Assembly: GCA_038893835.1 (NCBI GenBank)
Contig: JAWAQR010000004.1
Span: forward strand, 1 to 62,808
Length of the DNA: 62,808 bases
Source of the DNA: Archaeoglobaceae archaeon
GTDB lineage: Archaea > Halobacteriota > Archaeoglobi > Archaeoglobales > Archaeoglobaceae
Direction of reading: 5' to 3'
Below are positions 44,121-55,116 of the stretch, one piece after another. Within the stretch, counting starts at the first letter, position 1. Each line of letters begins with the position of its first letter. The notes beneath the pieces are model-generated. The model was not told the origin of the DNA, searched no databases, and saw only the letters and a list, made by a program, of their open reading frames with translations. The translations under genes and the position numbers were made by a program.

Positions 44121-45058
44121 AGTCCGACCTTCTTTTGCTAATCTCCTTATTTATTTTTCTAGCTCTATTACCTCTCTTCACACCATCAGCATATCTTTAC
44201 CTCATCGGCCTTTCGCTGATCTTTGCAGTCATCGTGGTGAGCTGGGATTTGATGGTTGGCTATACTGGGCAGGTAAATCTGGGTCATACAACTTTTGTTG
44301 GGCTAGGTGCCTACATAGCTGCAATTCTGCAAGTCCCATCTAGAATTGGCTTGAACCTCGAAATTCATCCCATCATAGCAATTCTCTTTTCTGGACTCCT
44401 CTCAGCTTTTGTCGCCCTAATAATAGGGCTCGTTACGCTTAGACTTAGAGGGTACTATTTTTCATTGGTTACTGCAGTACTTCCACTAGTTTTCATGCAA
44501 AAGGTTTTCGTTTGGAGAGAAGTATTTGGAGGGGAAGAAGGTTTTTCCATTCCAGTGGAAAAAGTAGTCTTTGCTACGACGATTGAAAAATATTACTTTT
44601 CTTTACTCTTTTTAGTCCTCTCAACGATTATAATGCTTTATATCTGTAAAAGCAGGTTGGGCTTGAAGTTTAGGGCTATAAAAGATAGCGAGGAATTATC
44701 GGAATCGCTTGGAATTAACGTCGCTTTTTATAAAATAATAGCATTGATTATTAGCTCCTTCTTCGCTGGCTTGGCTGGAGCGATGTTTGTGAACTATCGC
44801 CTTACAGTCTCTCCAGATCTTTACGATGTTCCATTGATGCTTCTCGTAATTCTTTCAGCAGTGGTGGGTGGAATTGGGTCGATTGTGGGTCCCCTTTTGA
44901 TGAGTATACTTATCTACCTCGCAAAGAACTGGTTCCTAACTTCACTTCGCTGGGGGATTGTTAATGAGGAAGTTGTTTTGTACGCCCTTCTCATAGCAGT
45001 AGCAATAATCCTACCAAAGGGTGCTTATAACGAGATTCTCGAAAGATTAAAAAGATAA
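44117..45058 (+). CDS. livM: Branched-chain amino acid ABC permease
   Basis: GYTGQVNLGH..F.GLGAY, LRLRGYYF, GGEEG, VVGGIGS. Confidence 0.92.
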   Translation: MKSDLLLLISLFIFLALLPLFTPSAYLYLIGLSLIFAVIVVSWDLMVGYTGQVNLGHTTFVGLGAYIAAILQVPSRIGLNLEIHPIIAILFSGLLSAFVALIIGLVTLRLRGYYFSLVTAVLPLVFMQKVFVWREVFGGEEGFSIPVEKVVFATTIEKYYFSLLFLVLSTIIMLYICKSRLGLKFRAIKDSEELSESLGINVAFYKIIALIISSFFAGLAGAMFVNYRLTVSPDLYDVPLMLLVILSAVVGGIGSIVGPLLMSILIYLAKNWFLTSLRWGIVNEEVVLYALLIAVAIILPKGAYNEILERLKR

Positions 45059-45613
45059 TTCTTTAATCTTTTTGAAGAATCTTAGCAGTATCTTACTTCT
45101 AACATCAACCATCCCACAAATGCTGCTCTCAAATATTCCGTGAACTATGAAGAATTTTTCCTTCTGATAAACTCCAACTTCTATAACCTTATGCCCTTCC
45201 TCTTCAATCGCTTCTCTCATAAACTCAACGAACTCAAGCCGAAATTTGTCATTCTCAACATAGGCAACTACTTCATCCGTGATCACATCTCCGTATATCA
45301 CAACTGGGTTGTTAAATAAAAAGAAGTTGGGTATTTTCAAAATTCTTCCGGTATGGACACTTGGAAGTCTTTCCCCATCTCCAACTTCTCTAAGCGTCGT
45401 TCTAAGTATTCCAACGCTTAAAACGTCGCCTTTTATCACAGGATTCGTGAGAATTTTTATCCTGGTGTTGGGTTTTATATGCTTGACCTTCTTAAAGATA
45501 ATTCCCGCTATTATGCTCGCGATGTAATCTTTAAGAACGAATGAAATCCCCAAAGCGCTGGCTAGGGTTATCAGAATCTGGAACGTATAAACATCTGCGG
45601 ACACGATCACCAT
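45047..45613 (-). CDS. Short MscS-like (mechanosensitive channel domain) protein
   Basis: [31 protein letters not shown]. Confidence 0.65.
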   Translation of the reverse strand: MVIVSADVYTFQILITLASALGISFVLKDYIASIIAGIIFKKVKHIKPNTRIKILTNPVIKGDVLSVGILRTTLREVGDGERLPSVHTGRILKIPNFFLFNNPVVIYGDVITDEVVAYVENDKFRLEFVEFMREAIEEEGHKVIEVGVYQKEKFFIVHGIFESSICGMVDVRSKILLRFFKKIKELSF

Positions 45614-46131
45614 CTTTCGTAGTGAACGAGTTCCTCTATTGGATACCTACTCCTCCTCCCAGGCTGCTCAGCTGGATAGCCGATTGGAATTATGGCCATT
45701 GGCCTAACGAAGTTTGGCAGGTTAAGAATTTCAGAAACCTTTTCCTCATCAAAAGCTCCAACCCAGCATGCTCCAAGATTTAAAGCGGTGACAGCGAGCA
45801 GTATGTTTTCTATTGCAGCGGTAGCATCCTGCTCCGCGTAAAGCTTTCCCCTTTCCCCATAGACCCTCATACTTCTTGGATAATTTGCGCATACAACCAC
45901 AACTACTGGAGCTTGTGCTATGAACATTTGTCTAACTGCAGCTTTTGCCAGCTCTAACTTAGTCTTTGGATCTCTAACCACTACAAAGTCTCTTGCCTGT
46001 AAGTTTCCTGCAGATGGAGCAGCATTTCCGGCTTCAAGGATTAGCTTTAAAGTCTTATCATCGATATCTCTTGACTGAAACTTTCTTATCGAAACTCTCC
46101 TAAAGATCAGATCGAGTTCTTTTGAGTTCAT
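45607..46131 (-). CDS. Nitroreductase family protein
   Basis: [29 protein letters not shown]. Confidence 0.93.
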   Translation of the reverse strand: MNSKELDLIFRRVSIRKFQSRDIDDKTLKLILEAGNAAPSAGNLQARDFVVVRDPKTKLELAKAAVRQMFIAQAPVVVVVCANYPRSMRVYGERGKLYAEQDATAAIENILLAVTALNLGACWVGAFDEEKVSEILNLPNFVRPMAIIPIGYPAEQPGRRSRYPIEELVHYERW

Positions 46132-46204
46132 GAAAAGTGTTGTTACCCAGTTTAAAATTCTTTTGGATAGAAAGATTTAAGGACCTTTAAGGATAAGAAG
46201 GAAC

Positions 46205-46981
46205 ATGAAATTAACAGTCCTTTCTGATAACAAGATCTTGATTCCCAGAGGTTATAAGGCAGAATGGGGATTTTCTGTTTTGATAGAGGGAAAGGAAACA
46301 ATTTTACTAGATTCTGGCAGTGGTGTTGCTTTTGACAACCTTGTAGCCATGAGAAAACCGATGCCATCAATTATAGTACTTAGCCATGGACATTACGATC
46401 ACACGACTGGGCTTAGACCATTTCTGCATGAGAAAGTCAAGTTATACGCTCATCCAGATGCATTTCTGCCTAGGTTTTTTGAAGGAAGGTTTGTTGGAAT
46501 TCCGTATCAAAAAGAATTCATTTCAGCCTCCTCAAACTTAATTGAGCACAGAAGCCCTGTAGAAATAGCGAAAAATATCTGGGTTTTGGGAGAAATTCCA
46601 AGAACTTATGAAACAGCGTTGCTAAAGGATTCTTTCTTAATTCGCAATGGTAAAAAGGAGGCTGATGAGATAAGAGATGATCAAGCGATTGCAATAAAAA
46701 CTGAGAATGGAGTAGTTTTAATCCTCGGCTGCTGTCATTCAGGGCTTAGAAATACGGTGAAATGGGCTGAGGAAGTTACTGGAGATGAAGTTAAGAAGAT
46801 AATTGGAGGGACGCATCTGATAGCTTATGATGAGGGGAAAATTCTGGAAATACTAAAAGATCTCGATGTCGATCTAATTGTTCCAACGCATTGCACAGGA
46901 CTTAGGGCTGAGATGATCATTGCAAAGGTGATGGGGGATAAATATAAACCTGCAGGAGTTGGAAGCGAGTTCGAGTTCTAA
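46205..46981 (+). CDS. MBL-fold metallo-hydrolase (COG1237-like)
   Basis: AEWGFS, SHGHYDHT.G, GCCHSG, GGTHL, PTHCTG. Confidence 0.9.
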   Translation: MKLTVLSDNKILIPRGYKAEWGFSVLIEGKETILLDSGSGVAFDNLVAMRKPMPSIIVLSHGHYDHTTGLRPFLHEKVKLYAHPDAFLPRFFEGRFVGIPYQKEFISASSNLIEHRSPVEIAKNIWVLGEIPRTYETALLKDSFLIRNGKKEADEIRDDQAIAIKTENGVVLILGCCHSGLRNTVKWAEEVTGDEVKKIIGGTHLIAYDEGKILEILKDLDVDLIVPTHCTGLRAEMIIAKVMGDKYKPAGVGSEFEF

Positions 46982-47027
46982 TCCTTCTTTTTTTGGTAAA
47001 CTCCTGCAAATCTTTATCAATAATATA

Positions 47028-47903
47028 TTAAATTAACTCGAGTTCCTTCAAAACTTTTTTTAACTTCTCAGTTTTATCAGCGCTTAACTCTACCAGTGGA
47101 AGCCTGGGTTTTCCACTTGCCAATCCCATCAATTCCATAGCCTTTTTTACCGGAATTGGATTCGTATCTATAAAGAGAGCTTCGAAAAGCGGAGAAAGCT
47201 TGTGATGAATCTCAATCGCCTTTGAAATTTTGCCTTCGATGAAGGCGTTGTAGAGCTCTTTCATCATATGCGGTGCCACGTTTGCCGCAACACTTATCAC
47301 TCCTTTTCCGCCAATCGATAGGATTGGTAACGTAAGAAAGTCATCACCGGAAAGGACAACGAAATCCTTCTTCTTTACAAGTCTTATTATATCTGAAATT
47401 TGCTTTAGGTTTCCACTCGCTTCTTTAACACCAACTATGTTGTCTATCTCCGAAAGTTTGAGCATTAGCTGTGGGGAAACGTTAATCCCCGTTCTACTCG
47501 GTATATTGTATATTATCAGAGGTATAGAAACTTCCTTTGCAATCGCCTTATAATGTTCATAAAGCCCAGCATCATTTGGTTTATTGTAATACGGTGTTAC
47601 AAGCATGGCAGCATCTGCACCGACTTTTTCAACCTTTTTTGTTAACCATATTGCTTCTCTGGTAGAATTAGATCCAGATCCAGCGATGACTGGAAGCTTT
47701 GAAGTTTCTACAACGAATTTTACAACTTCTACGTGCTCTTCATAATCCAGTGTCGAAGCTTCTCCTGTTGTTCCACAGGGAACAAAAGCATCGACGTATT
47801 TTTCCATGTAATCTATGTTCCTAGCCATTCCTTCATAGTCGACACTGAAATCATCTTTAAATGGTGTGACCAAAGCGGGAATTACACCCTTGAACATCTT
47901 CAT
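47028..47903 (-). CDS. dapA: 4-hydroxy-tetrahydrodipicolinate synthase
   Basis: [36 protein letters not shown]. Confidence 0.96.
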   Translation of the reverse strand: MKMFKGVIPALVTPFKDDFSVDYEGMARNIDYMEKYVDAFVPCGTTGEASTLDYEEHVEVVKFVVETSKLPVIAGSGSNSTREAIWLTKKVEKVGADAAMLVTPYYNKPNDAGLYEHYKAIAKEVSIPLIIYNIPSRTGINVSPQLMLKLSEIDNIVGVKEASGNLKQISDIIRLVKKKDFVVLSGDDFLTLPILSIGGKGVISVAANVAPHMMKELYNAFIEGKISKAIEIHHKLSPLFEALFIDTNPIPVKKAMELMGLASGKPRLPLVELSADKTEKLKKVLKELELI

Positions 47904-48103
47904 CCCTTTTTAGCTTTAAGACTTCTGTTGACTTTTCTCGTAATGTATCCTGCAACTCTGTTGCGAATGGTCTTACTCTTTATGTTTGTAAGCTGGGATA
48001 CGAGTTTCTTGTTCTCATCGAAATTCGATGTGAATACTTCTGGATATCTCTTCAGCAGTTCGTTAGCTATCACCTTTATATAAGCGGGCTTCACAGTACC
48101 CAT
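47900..48103 (-). CDS. rps17e: 30S ribosomal protein S17e
   Basis: [25 protein letters not shown]. Confidence 0.96.
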   Translation of the reverse strand: MGTVKPAYIKVIANELLKRYPEVFTSNFDENKKLVSQLTNIKSKTIRNRVAGYITRKVNRSLKAKKG

Positions 48104-48180
48104 GCACTGAAGTTAAGGGATGATATTTAAACTTTTACTTGAACCGAAATGCATATGTTCATAGACTCAGAATTCAAAAC

Positions 48181-48867
48181 ATGAGAATTACTTGGCTAGG
48201 CCATGCCTGTTTTTTGCTTGAAGGAAGCAAAAGAATTCTGATAGATCCATTCATAACCGGAAATCCGATGGCTCCATTAAAGGTGGAGGAAATAAAGACA
48301 GACTTGATTTTGGTCACTCATGGACACGGAGATCATTTAGGGGATACGGTTGAGATTGCAAAAAGGAACAACTCTTTAGTTGTCTGCATCCATGAGCTCT
48401 CAAGAATACTTTCAAAGAAAGATGTGGAAGTCCTCGGTATGAACATTGGTGGTTCTGTCTACTCGATGGGTGTAAGGGTAACAATGGTTCCCGCCTTACA
48501 TTCGGCAGATTTTGAAGATGAAGAGGGAAGAATAATTAGTTCAGGATCACCAGTTGGATTTGTGGTAGAAATGGATGGAGTTAGCGTTTACCATACAGGA
48601 GATACAGGTCTTTTCTCGGACATGAAACTTATAGGAGAATTATACAAGCCCGATATTATGCTCGTTCCAATTGGAGATCTTTACACGATGGGCATAAGAG
48701 AGGCTGTCAAGGCTGTGGAATTCGTAAGGCCAAAGATTGCTATTCCGATGCATTATAACACTTTCCCACTGATAGCGAAGGATCCGGAGGAGTTCAAGAG
48801 AGAGGCGGAGAAGTTCTGTAAGGTCGTAATTCTAAAACCGGGAGAAAGTTATGAATATAGTCCTTAG
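48181..48867 (+). CDS. UPF0173 metal-dependent hydrolase (MBL fold)
   Basis: WLGHACF, THGHGDH, YHTGDT, PMHYNTFP. Confidence 0.93.
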   Translation: MRITWLGHACFLLEGSKRILIDPFITGNPMAPLKVEEIKTDLILVTHGHGDHLGDTVEIAKRNNSLVVCIHELSRILSKKDVEVLGMNIGGSVYSMGVRVTMVPALHSADFEDEEGRIISSGSPVGFVVEMDGVSVYHTGDTGLFSDMKLIGELYKPDIMLVPIGDLYTMGIREAVKAVEFVRPKIAIPMHYNTFPLIAKDPEEFKREAEKFCKVVILKPGESYEYSP

Positions 48868-49114
48868 AATAGAGGAGTTCGAGAATTGGTTAAGAGGGCG
48901 CGGCTACGACAAAATGATGGGGGAGCAAAATCTTAAGAGTTATCTTAATTTAGGATTCGCTCCCCTCCTTTTTTCAAACAGCAATCTCTTGATGAGCTTT
49001 CTTTTTTCTCATTTAAAAGTATCTGGAGAAAGGGAGAAAGTTAGGTTTGAGCTTGCAAAGAGGATCAAATCGATTTCAGCATCGAAGGAGGAGATAAGAA
49101 TAGAAATGGATTAA
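48851..49114 (+). CDS. Hypothetical protein
   Basis: 87-aa ORF filling the gap and overlapping the upstream gene; plausible composition. Confidence 0.65.
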   Translation: MNIVLRIEEFENWLRGRGYDKMMGEQNLKSYLNLGFAPLLFSNSNLLMSFLFSHLKVSGEREKVRFELAKRIKSISASKEEIRIEMD

Positions 49115-50334
49115 AATGGTTTCTGAATCGTCGCATCTGGAAAAACGGCTACTCTCTTCTTCCCACTTCCAATTTCTTCCAATGCTTCTTCCCAACTCCT
49201 AACCTTTAAAGCTCTCTCATCTAAAACTTCAAAGCAGGGCTGTTTTTCATGAAATTCGCTGATAAAGATGATCTTTTCAGCCCTTTTTAGGATTTCTGGT
49301 GGAGGAAGATACAGTGTTCCCCCTTTTCTCTTCATCCCCCATCTTCCATGCAGGAAATGTGTTACCTGCCCCCATTTGGAATTAGATATTAGCACAAAAG
49401 TCCCTCCCTCCTTTAGACACATCGCCGTCCAGCAGGCTATTTTTGCCTCGTTTGCTTTTGAATAAGCATTTGCAACAACCACATCGAATCCGAATTCGAT
49501 TGGAGTTGAATAATGTTCTTTGGCAACTTCAACTCCCTTCCTATGCGCTTCAATGAAATCTCCGGCAAAGACGTGTGTGGAATCTCTTTGAATATTCACG
49601 AGCACGTTGACGATGAAATCCAAATTCACAGCTTTTGCGAACTCTTCAGAATCTTTACGCTGAATGTTTTCATTCATACATCCATAGATCATCTGACTTG
49701 TATGCGATTCTCTGAACTTCATCGCAAATCCCCAGCCACCGAGAATTCCGTGGTTGTAGATTATACTCCTAATCCCCGCAATCCCTGGCAATACTATTTT
49801 TGCTCCTCCACCATAGCCATACTGTGGATGTGGGAGAATGCAACCTATCGCTATTTTTAATTCATAGCTCATGACTTCTGCATTAACCTCTATTGGAGTT
49901 CCAAAGCTTGTTTCACCCAAATAATCTAGATTCTCGTATGGGTTGTGATTGAAAACTGGATAATTTTCCACAATTCTCTCTCCGAGTTTCTTTACAAAGT
50001 CATCTCTGCTGAAAGTTCCGTGTGCTCCATTTGCGCAGATGAATGTGACGTCTTCCAATCTAATCTCATCGATTACAGCCTCAGCAATCTCCCCAGCCTT
50101 TGTTGGTCTTGTAAGATCATCAAAGATTATTACAGCAGACTCTTTTTGCTTAGCTAGTTCAAAAAGAGGTTTTTTACCAATCGGATTTCTTAGAGCCTTT
50201 ATTATATCTTCTTTTTTCAGTTTAGGACATTTTTCACCTTTCATTCTAAAAACCTTCACTTCCCAATCGTCTGGAAAATCCAGAGAAATATTTCTATCTC
50301 CGAACCAAGGATAACTTGGGACCTCAACTCTCAT
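49111..50334 (-). CDS. Lactate racemase (LarA)-domain protein
   Basis: DDLTRPT, GAH, NHN, GTPIEVN, PH..YGYGGGAKIVLPG. Confidence 0.88.
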   Translation of the reverse strand: MRVEVPSYPWFGDRNISLDFPDDWEVKVFRMKGEKCPKLKKEDIIKALRNPIGKKPLFELAKQKESAVIIFDDLTRPTKAGEIAEAVIDEIRLEDVTFICANGAHGTFSRDDFVKKLGERIVENYPVFNHNPYENLDYLGETSFGTPIEVNAEVMSYELKIAIGCILPHPQYGYGGGAKIVLPGIAGIRSIIYNHGILGGWGFAMKFRESHTSQMIYGCMNENIQRKDSEEFAKAVNLDFIVNVLVNIQRDSTHVFAGDFIEAHRKGVEVAKEHYSTPIEFGFDVVVANAYSKANEAKIACWTAMCLKEGGTFVLISNSKWGQVTHFLHGRWGMKRKGGTLYLPPPEILKRAEKIIFISEFHEKQPCFEVLDERALKVRSWEEALEEIGSGKKRVAVFPDATIQKPF

Positions 50335-51647
50335 GGAACCCCCAGTTTTCTGAATAAATTTCTTGCTGCAATTACGAGCGGATCCCAAACTCGAGAAACT
50401 GGGGGATAATATGGGAAGTCTGTAAAGAATAGATCCTTTACATTTGCCCCTCGATAGAGAAGAGATGAGGCTGCGTAAATTCTCATCGATACACCTTTTC
50501 CAACTGCTTGAATGCCTAAGAGTTTTCCACTTCTATCTGCAACGACCTTCAGATGTATTAGTCCATTTATAAAATATCTTGCATTCGTCTTCGTCGTTAT
50601 GAATGATGAGATTACTTCATATCCCTCCCTTATTGCCTCATGCTCGCTAAGACCAACTTTACCTATTTCTGTTTCGTAGAAACTCGTTATCTGACTTTTA
50701 AGTGACCCTGGATAGTGAAGTTCATATCCGGCCATGTTCACACCTGCAACATACCCCATTTTGTTCGCCGGAGTTGCTAGTGGTATCCAGTCCGGTTTAC
50801 CGGTTACCACATTGATCGATTCAGCACAATCACCTGCAGCATAAACACCTTCTTTGCTAGTTTCCATTCTGCTATTCGTCTTTATTGCTCCGTTTTTTCC
50901 AAGTTCAACAAATCCCTTTGCCAAATCCGTATTTGGTTGAACTCCTATTGCGACTATTACGACATCACACTTATACTCTCCTTTGTTCGTTATAACTCTT
51001 TCTACTTTATCCTTTCCCTCGAAAGCTACGACCCTCTCTCCAAGTTTCAAATTTACGAATTTCTCCATCTCCGATTTTATTATGGCAGCAATCTCTGCAT
51101 CGTATTCTGGAAGAGGTCTCTCTGCCATCTCTATAACAGTAACTTTCTTTCCCAGCCTTGTTACCGCTTCAGCCATTTCAACTCCTATATACCCAGAACC
51201 TATTATTGCAACATTTTCAGCCTTCAAAGCCAGTTTTTTGACTTTATCTGCGTTCATTATATCCACACACAAAATACCTTCTAGCTCTTCCTGCTTTACA
51301 TTCAACTTTCTGGCTTTTGATCCGGTTGCAAATAGAAGCTTGTCCCATTCGTATCTTCTTTCTTTTCCATTCTCCTCAGCGATTAGGAAACCATCTCCTA
51401 CTTCAATCACCCTCGCGTTCGTGTGGACATCTATACCTCTTTCCATTCTGAAGTAGGAAACATCGTATGTGCAAAGTTCTTCGAAGTATTCAACGATCCC
51501 AGAAACGTAGAATGGAATTCCACAAGGTGCATGGCTGACAAAATTGGTTTTTTCGAAGACCATTACATTCCAATCTGGTTTTAGGGCCTTCACTCTCGAT
51601 GCTGCAGTCATTCCAGCAGCTCCGCCGCCTATTATCGCGATGTTCAC
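50331..51647 (-). CDS. CoA-disulfide reductase / NADH oxidase family flavoprotein
   Basis: GGGAAGMTAA, SHAPCGIP single redox Cys, GSGYIGVE, YAAGDC, YYPP. Confidence 0.92.
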   Translation of the reverse strand: MNIAIIGGGAAGMTAASRVKALKPDWNVMVFEKTNFVSHAPCGIPFYVSGIVEYFEELCTYDVSYFRMERGIDVHTNARVIEVGDGFLIAEENGKERRYEWDKLLFATGSKARKLNVKQEELEGILCVDIMNADKVKKLALKAENVAIIGSGYIGVEMAEAVTRLGKKVTVIEMAERPLPEYDAEIAAIIKSEMEKFVNLKLGERVVAFEGKDKVERVITNKGEYKCDVVIVAIGVQPNTDLAKGFVELGKNGAIKTNSRMETSKEGVYAAGDCAESINVVTGKPDWIPLATPANKMGYVAGVNMAGYELHYPGSLKSQITSFYETEIGKVGLSEHEAIREGYEVISSFITTKTNARYFINGLIHLKVVADRSGKLLGIQAVGKGVSMRIYAASSLLYRGANVKDLFFTDFPYYPPVSRVWDPLVIAARNLFRKLGVP

Positions 51648-51739
51648 GTTTGCAATAATTTAAATTTAATTTATAAGATTTTCCATCCTAGATTGAGAAA
51701 AATAGAAAAGTTTTAAGGGAAGAGAATGCAATGAATTTC

Positions 51740-52393
51740 ATGAATTTGATTCTACTCGGTGCCCCAGGTGCTGGGAAGGGGACACAGGCAAAGATTATAA
51801 TGGAAAAATATGGAATTCCACAGATTTCAACTGGTGATATGCTTAGAGAAGCTGTTGCGAAAGGAACTGAGCTTGGAAAAAAAGCTAGGGAATACATGAC
51901 GCAGGGAAAACTTGTGCCCGATGATATAGTGGTGAGTATAGTTAAGGAGAGATTAAGTCAAAAAGATTGCGAAACGGGCTTCATTTTAGATGGCTTTCCA
52001 AGAACTTTGGCACAGGCAGAAGCTTTGGATAAGATTCTGGAAGAAATGGGGAAGAGGATAGATGCTGTGATAAACGTAAATGTTCCTGAAGATGAAGTTG
52101 TAAAGAGAATAGTTTACAGAAGGACTTGCAAGCGTTGCGGTGCGATATATCATTTGATTTATAATCCTCCAAAGAAAGAGGGGATCTGCGACAAGTGCGG
52201 TGGAGAGCTTTATCAGAGGGAAGATGATAAGGAAGAGACTGTAAGAGAAAGATATAGAGTTTATAAGAAGAATACAGAGCCGTTGATAGATTACTATAGA
52301 AAAAAGGGAATACTTTACGATGTGGATGGGACAAAGGATATTGAGGGGGTCAAAAGAGAAATTCTGGAGATCCTAGAGAAAATCAAATCTTGA
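51740..52393 (+). CDS. adk: Adenylate kinase (bacterial type, Zn-LID)
   Basis: GAPGAGKGTQ, STGDMLR, LDGFPRT, CKRC...CDKC. Confidence 0.96.
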   Translation: MNLILLGAPGAGKGTQAKIIMEKYGIPQISTGDMLREAVAKGTELGKKAREYMTQGKLVPDDIVVSIVKERLSQKDCETGFILDGFPRTLAQAEALDKILEEMGKRIDAVINVNVPEDEVVKRIVYRRTCKRCGAIYHLIYNPPKKEGICDKCGGELYQREDDKEETVRERYRVYKKNTEPLIDYYRKKGILYDVDGTKDIEGVKREILEILEKIKS

Positions 52394-53084
52394 TTTCTAC
52401 TTCCTTATCTTTTATTTTTCCCTCGATCCAGTCAGCAACTTTTTGCATGACTGTTGGATTTCTCCTCAAAAAGTGATCTCCATTTATCACTTTTAAAAAA
52501 CTTTTAGGTTCGCTCATGTGCCTGTAAACCTTCATTCCACACTCAAAGGGAACAACTTCATCTTTTGTGCCATGAACTACTAGCTTTGGTATCGCAATTT
52601 CTAGATTTTTGAGAAAATCCTCTTCCTTCAGCCCCATCATTTCCTCGTAGAACTCCTCATAACTGCGCATTGCCATTACATTTCTCGCATGATCATACAT
52701 CATTTTAAGCCTTTCTTCCTCGAATATCTCAGGCAGCGGTGGTGATATTAGGACCAGTTTTTCCAAGTTTTTAAGCTCATTCAAAGCCTTAATCGCCACC
52801 ATAGCCCCCATGCTGTAGCCAATAATCGTAACGCTCTTGAACTTGTCTGAGATCCTCTTCAAATCCGATACCCATGATTTAAAACTGAAATAACCTCTAC
52901 TATTTCCGCAACCCGAGAAATCGAATATAAGGGTAGGAGATATTGCTGAAAAGAACTCTGCAAGATCGCTATAGCTCTTTTCTATTACAGAACCCTTTTC
53001 ATATGGAAATCCATGACAGATAATTATGGCCTTTGAAACGTGCAATCTGACAAAGTTTTTACCTATAGCCGTTTCAAATATCAT
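52383..53084 (-). CDS. Alpha/beta hydrolase
   Basis: CHGFP, GYSMG, HGTKDEVV, GDH catalytic triad. Confidence 0.9.
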   Translation of the reverse strand: MIFETAIGKNFVRLHVSKAIIICHGFPYEKGSVIEKSYSDLAEFFSAISPTLIFDFSGCGNSRGYFSFKSWVSDLKRISDKFKSVTIIGYSMGAMVAIKALNELKNLEKLVLISPPLPEIFEEERLKMMYDHARNVMAMRSYEEFYEEMMGLKEEDFLKNLEIAIPKLVVHGTKDEVVPFECGMKVYRHMSEPKSFLKVINGDHFLRRNPTVMQKVADWIEGKIKDKEVEIKI

Positions 53085-53443
53085 TTAACCAGCGTTTCCA
53101 ATTCCTCTAAATCTTTTTCAATTTTTCTTATTTCCTCTCTCTTTTTCTGAACGAGCTCTGAAACTATTTCTCTGAGCTCTTTTATCATCTTATAGCTTTT
53201 TAATGGTCTACCCTTGCTCTTCTTTTTGAGTTCTCTTTCCTTAACCCATCCCCATTCCTTTAGCTCCTTCATAGCAAGACTAACTTCCGGTTGTCTAAGG
53301 TTCGCAGCCCTTTCTATATCTCTAGAAACAGCTTCTCCGACTTTGGATAAAAAGACTACCACTCTTGCAATGTTTTTATTCAATCCCGCTTCCGTTAGCA
53401 AATTGACAACCTTTTCATCTGTCTCAGATAGCTCCTCAACCAT
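53081..53443 (-). CDS. Winged-helix transcriptional regulator (TrmB/ArsR-like)
   Basis: SRDIERAANLRQPEVSLAM, KGRP.K.Y wing, C-terminal coiled coil. Confidence 0.88.
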   Translation of the reverse strand: MVEELSETDEKVVNLLTEAGLNKNIARVVVFLSKVGEAVSRDIERAANLRQPEVSLAMKELKEWGWVKERELKKKSKGRPLKSYKMIKELREIVSELVQKKREEIRKIEKDLEELETLVK

Positions 53444-53460
53444 ACTATCACCTCAGATAG

Positions 53461-53494
53461 ATAGTTGATATACTATATACTATTGGTATATAAA
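53461..53494 (-). promoter_or_regulatory. TATA box plus palindromic putative operator of the regulator gene
   Basis: Minus-strand TTTATATA at 53487-53494; ATAGT-N6-ACTAT (53461-76) and TATAC-N5-GTATA (53476-90). Confidence 0.45.
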
Positions 53495-53612
53495 TTTTTT
53501 TGCATTCAGTAATTTATCTAAAACCATGAGGTTTTTTTTCTTTTGTATTGAATTTTTTATAAAATTTTACTTATCCAAAAAATTTTTAAGACTTTGGGAG
53601 AATATTTAATAA

Positions 53613-54116
53613 ATGAAAAGTTCAAGAATTCATAAAATAAAAGAACTTCTCAGAAAAAAGTCTAGTCAGAGAAAGAGAATTGGTGTTCTAGTTGATGGAC
53701 CAAATATGTTGAGAAAAGAGTTTAATACGAATTTAAAAGAAATTAGAGAAATTCTTTCTGAATATGGAGATATAAAGATCGCTAAAGTTTTTTTAAATCA
53801 ATATGCTACCGACAAACTCGTAGAAGCGATTGAAAATCAGGGATTTGAGCCAATAATAACTTCTGGAGATGTTGACGTCAGAATGGCGGTTGAAGCGATG
53901 GAATTGATATACAACGATGCAATAGATGTTCTGGCCTTAGTTACGAGAGATGCGGATTTCAAAGCTGTACTGATGAAGGCTATGGAAATGGGTAAAGAGA
54001 CCATAATCGTCGGCGCAGAGCCTGGTTTTTCTACTGCTCTTAAGAATTCTGCAGACATTGCAATAATTTTAAATGAGGGAGAGAGCGGAAAAGAGGAGGA
54101 AATATTGGAAGTATGA
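53613..54116 (+). CDS. NYN-domain protein (TIGR00288-like)
   Basis: [27 protein letters not shown]. Confidence 0.9.
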   Translation: MKSSRIHKIKELLRKKSSQRKRIGVLVDGPNMLRKEFNTNLKEIREILSEYGDIKIAKVFLNQYATDKLVEAIENQGFEPIITSGDVDVRMAVEAMELIYNDAIDVLALVTRDADFKAVLMKAMEMGKETIIVGAEPGFSTALKNSADIAIILNEGESGKEEEILEV

Positions 54117-55024
54117 GGCTTTTTCTTTTCGAATTCGCTACTTGTGGTGGGGAGGTAGTTGATCAAATAGCAGTCGAAGGACTTGCGATGTTTAAAACGC
54201 TTTACAAAGGTTTTTCGAAGTACTATGAAATAGTTTCCTTTATTGGAGAAAAATTTCGAACAGAATTCAACTTGCCTGTTGGAAAAATTGAAGATATCGA
54301 GAGCTGGTTGGAAAAAAGCGAAGCATTTCTTTTAGTTGCTCCCGAAGATGATTTCACACTTCTCAGATTGACAAGGATTGCGGAAAAATACTGTGAAAAC
54401 CTTGGATCTTCTAGCAAGGCAATTGAAGTGACTTCAGACAAATGGAAGTTATACAAGAAGCTTAAAGGAAAAATTCCTATGCCAAAAACATCGAAAAAAG
54501 AGCTAGATGTTAAGTTCATCGTTAAGCCAAGGGTTTCATGTGGGGGGGAAGGGATAAAGTTTTCGAATACGGTTCCGGAAAATTATATAGCTCAGGAATA
54601 TATTGAAGGGAAAAATTTGAGCGCAAGTGTAATCGTTGGGGAAGAGATAAGGGTTGTTAGCATAAATGAGCAAATATTGGAAAACTTTAGATATAAAGGC
54701 GCAATAGTGCCTGCGAGAGTTGAAGAGGGGGAAGCGTTGGAAATATGTGAAGTGGCTATAAATGCAGTTGAAAGCATCAAGGGGCTTAAAGGCTATGTGG
54801 GTGTCGACTTAGTTTATTCAGATCAACCTTATGTTGTTGAGGTGAACGCAAGGATTACAACACCTGTTGTGGCGTTTGAGAGAGCTTATGGAATAAGCGT
54901 TGCAGACATGCTCATGGGTCAAAAAAGTTTCACTTTTAGGAGACAAATCGTTGAAAAGGGAAAATTCAACGACTTTTTTGCAAAAGTTGGCGATTTTTCT
55001 TTGAGAATTAGAGACTTTAGATGA
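54113..55024 (+). CDS. ATP-grasp ligase (MfnD tyramine--glutamate ligase-like)
   Basis: [42 protein letters not shown]. Confidence 0.8.
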   Translation: MRLFLFEFATCGGEVVDQIAVEGLAMFKTLYKGFSKYYEIVSFIGEKFRTEFNLPVGKIEDIESWLEKSEAFLLVAPEDDFTLLRLTRIAEKYCENLGSSSKAIEVTSDKWKLYKKLKGKIPMPKTSKKELDVKFIVKPRVSCGGEGIKFSNTVPENYIAQEYIEGKNLSASVIVGEEIRVVSINEQILENFRYKGAIVPARVEEGEALEICEVAINAVESIKGLKGYVGVDLVYSDQPYVVEVNARITTPVVAFERAYGISVADMLMGQKSFTFRRQIVEKGKFNDFFAKVGDFSLRIRDFR

Positions 55025-55057
55025 GAAAAACTTTAATAACTTCTCGATAACCCAATA

Positions 55058-55116
55058 TGCCGTTGCGGTTGGAGAGGGCATAGGCCTGCGATGAAAAACC
55101 GTCGGCAAGCCGCCAA
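55058..55116 (+). ncRNA. Candidate small structured RNA with K-turn-like motif
   Basis: BRE/TATA GAAAAACTTTAATA at 55025-38; GC-rich hairpin UGCCG/CGGCA, GCGGUU/AACCGU, GGGC/GCCU with GA...GAUGA. Confidence 0.55.

Noticed and set aside
55058-55116. Fluoride riboswitch or canonical C/D or H/ACA guide RNA
   Set aside because: No GGCGAUGG-type 5' pseudoknot consensus, no CUGA D box and no ACA tail; kept as an unclassified candidate.
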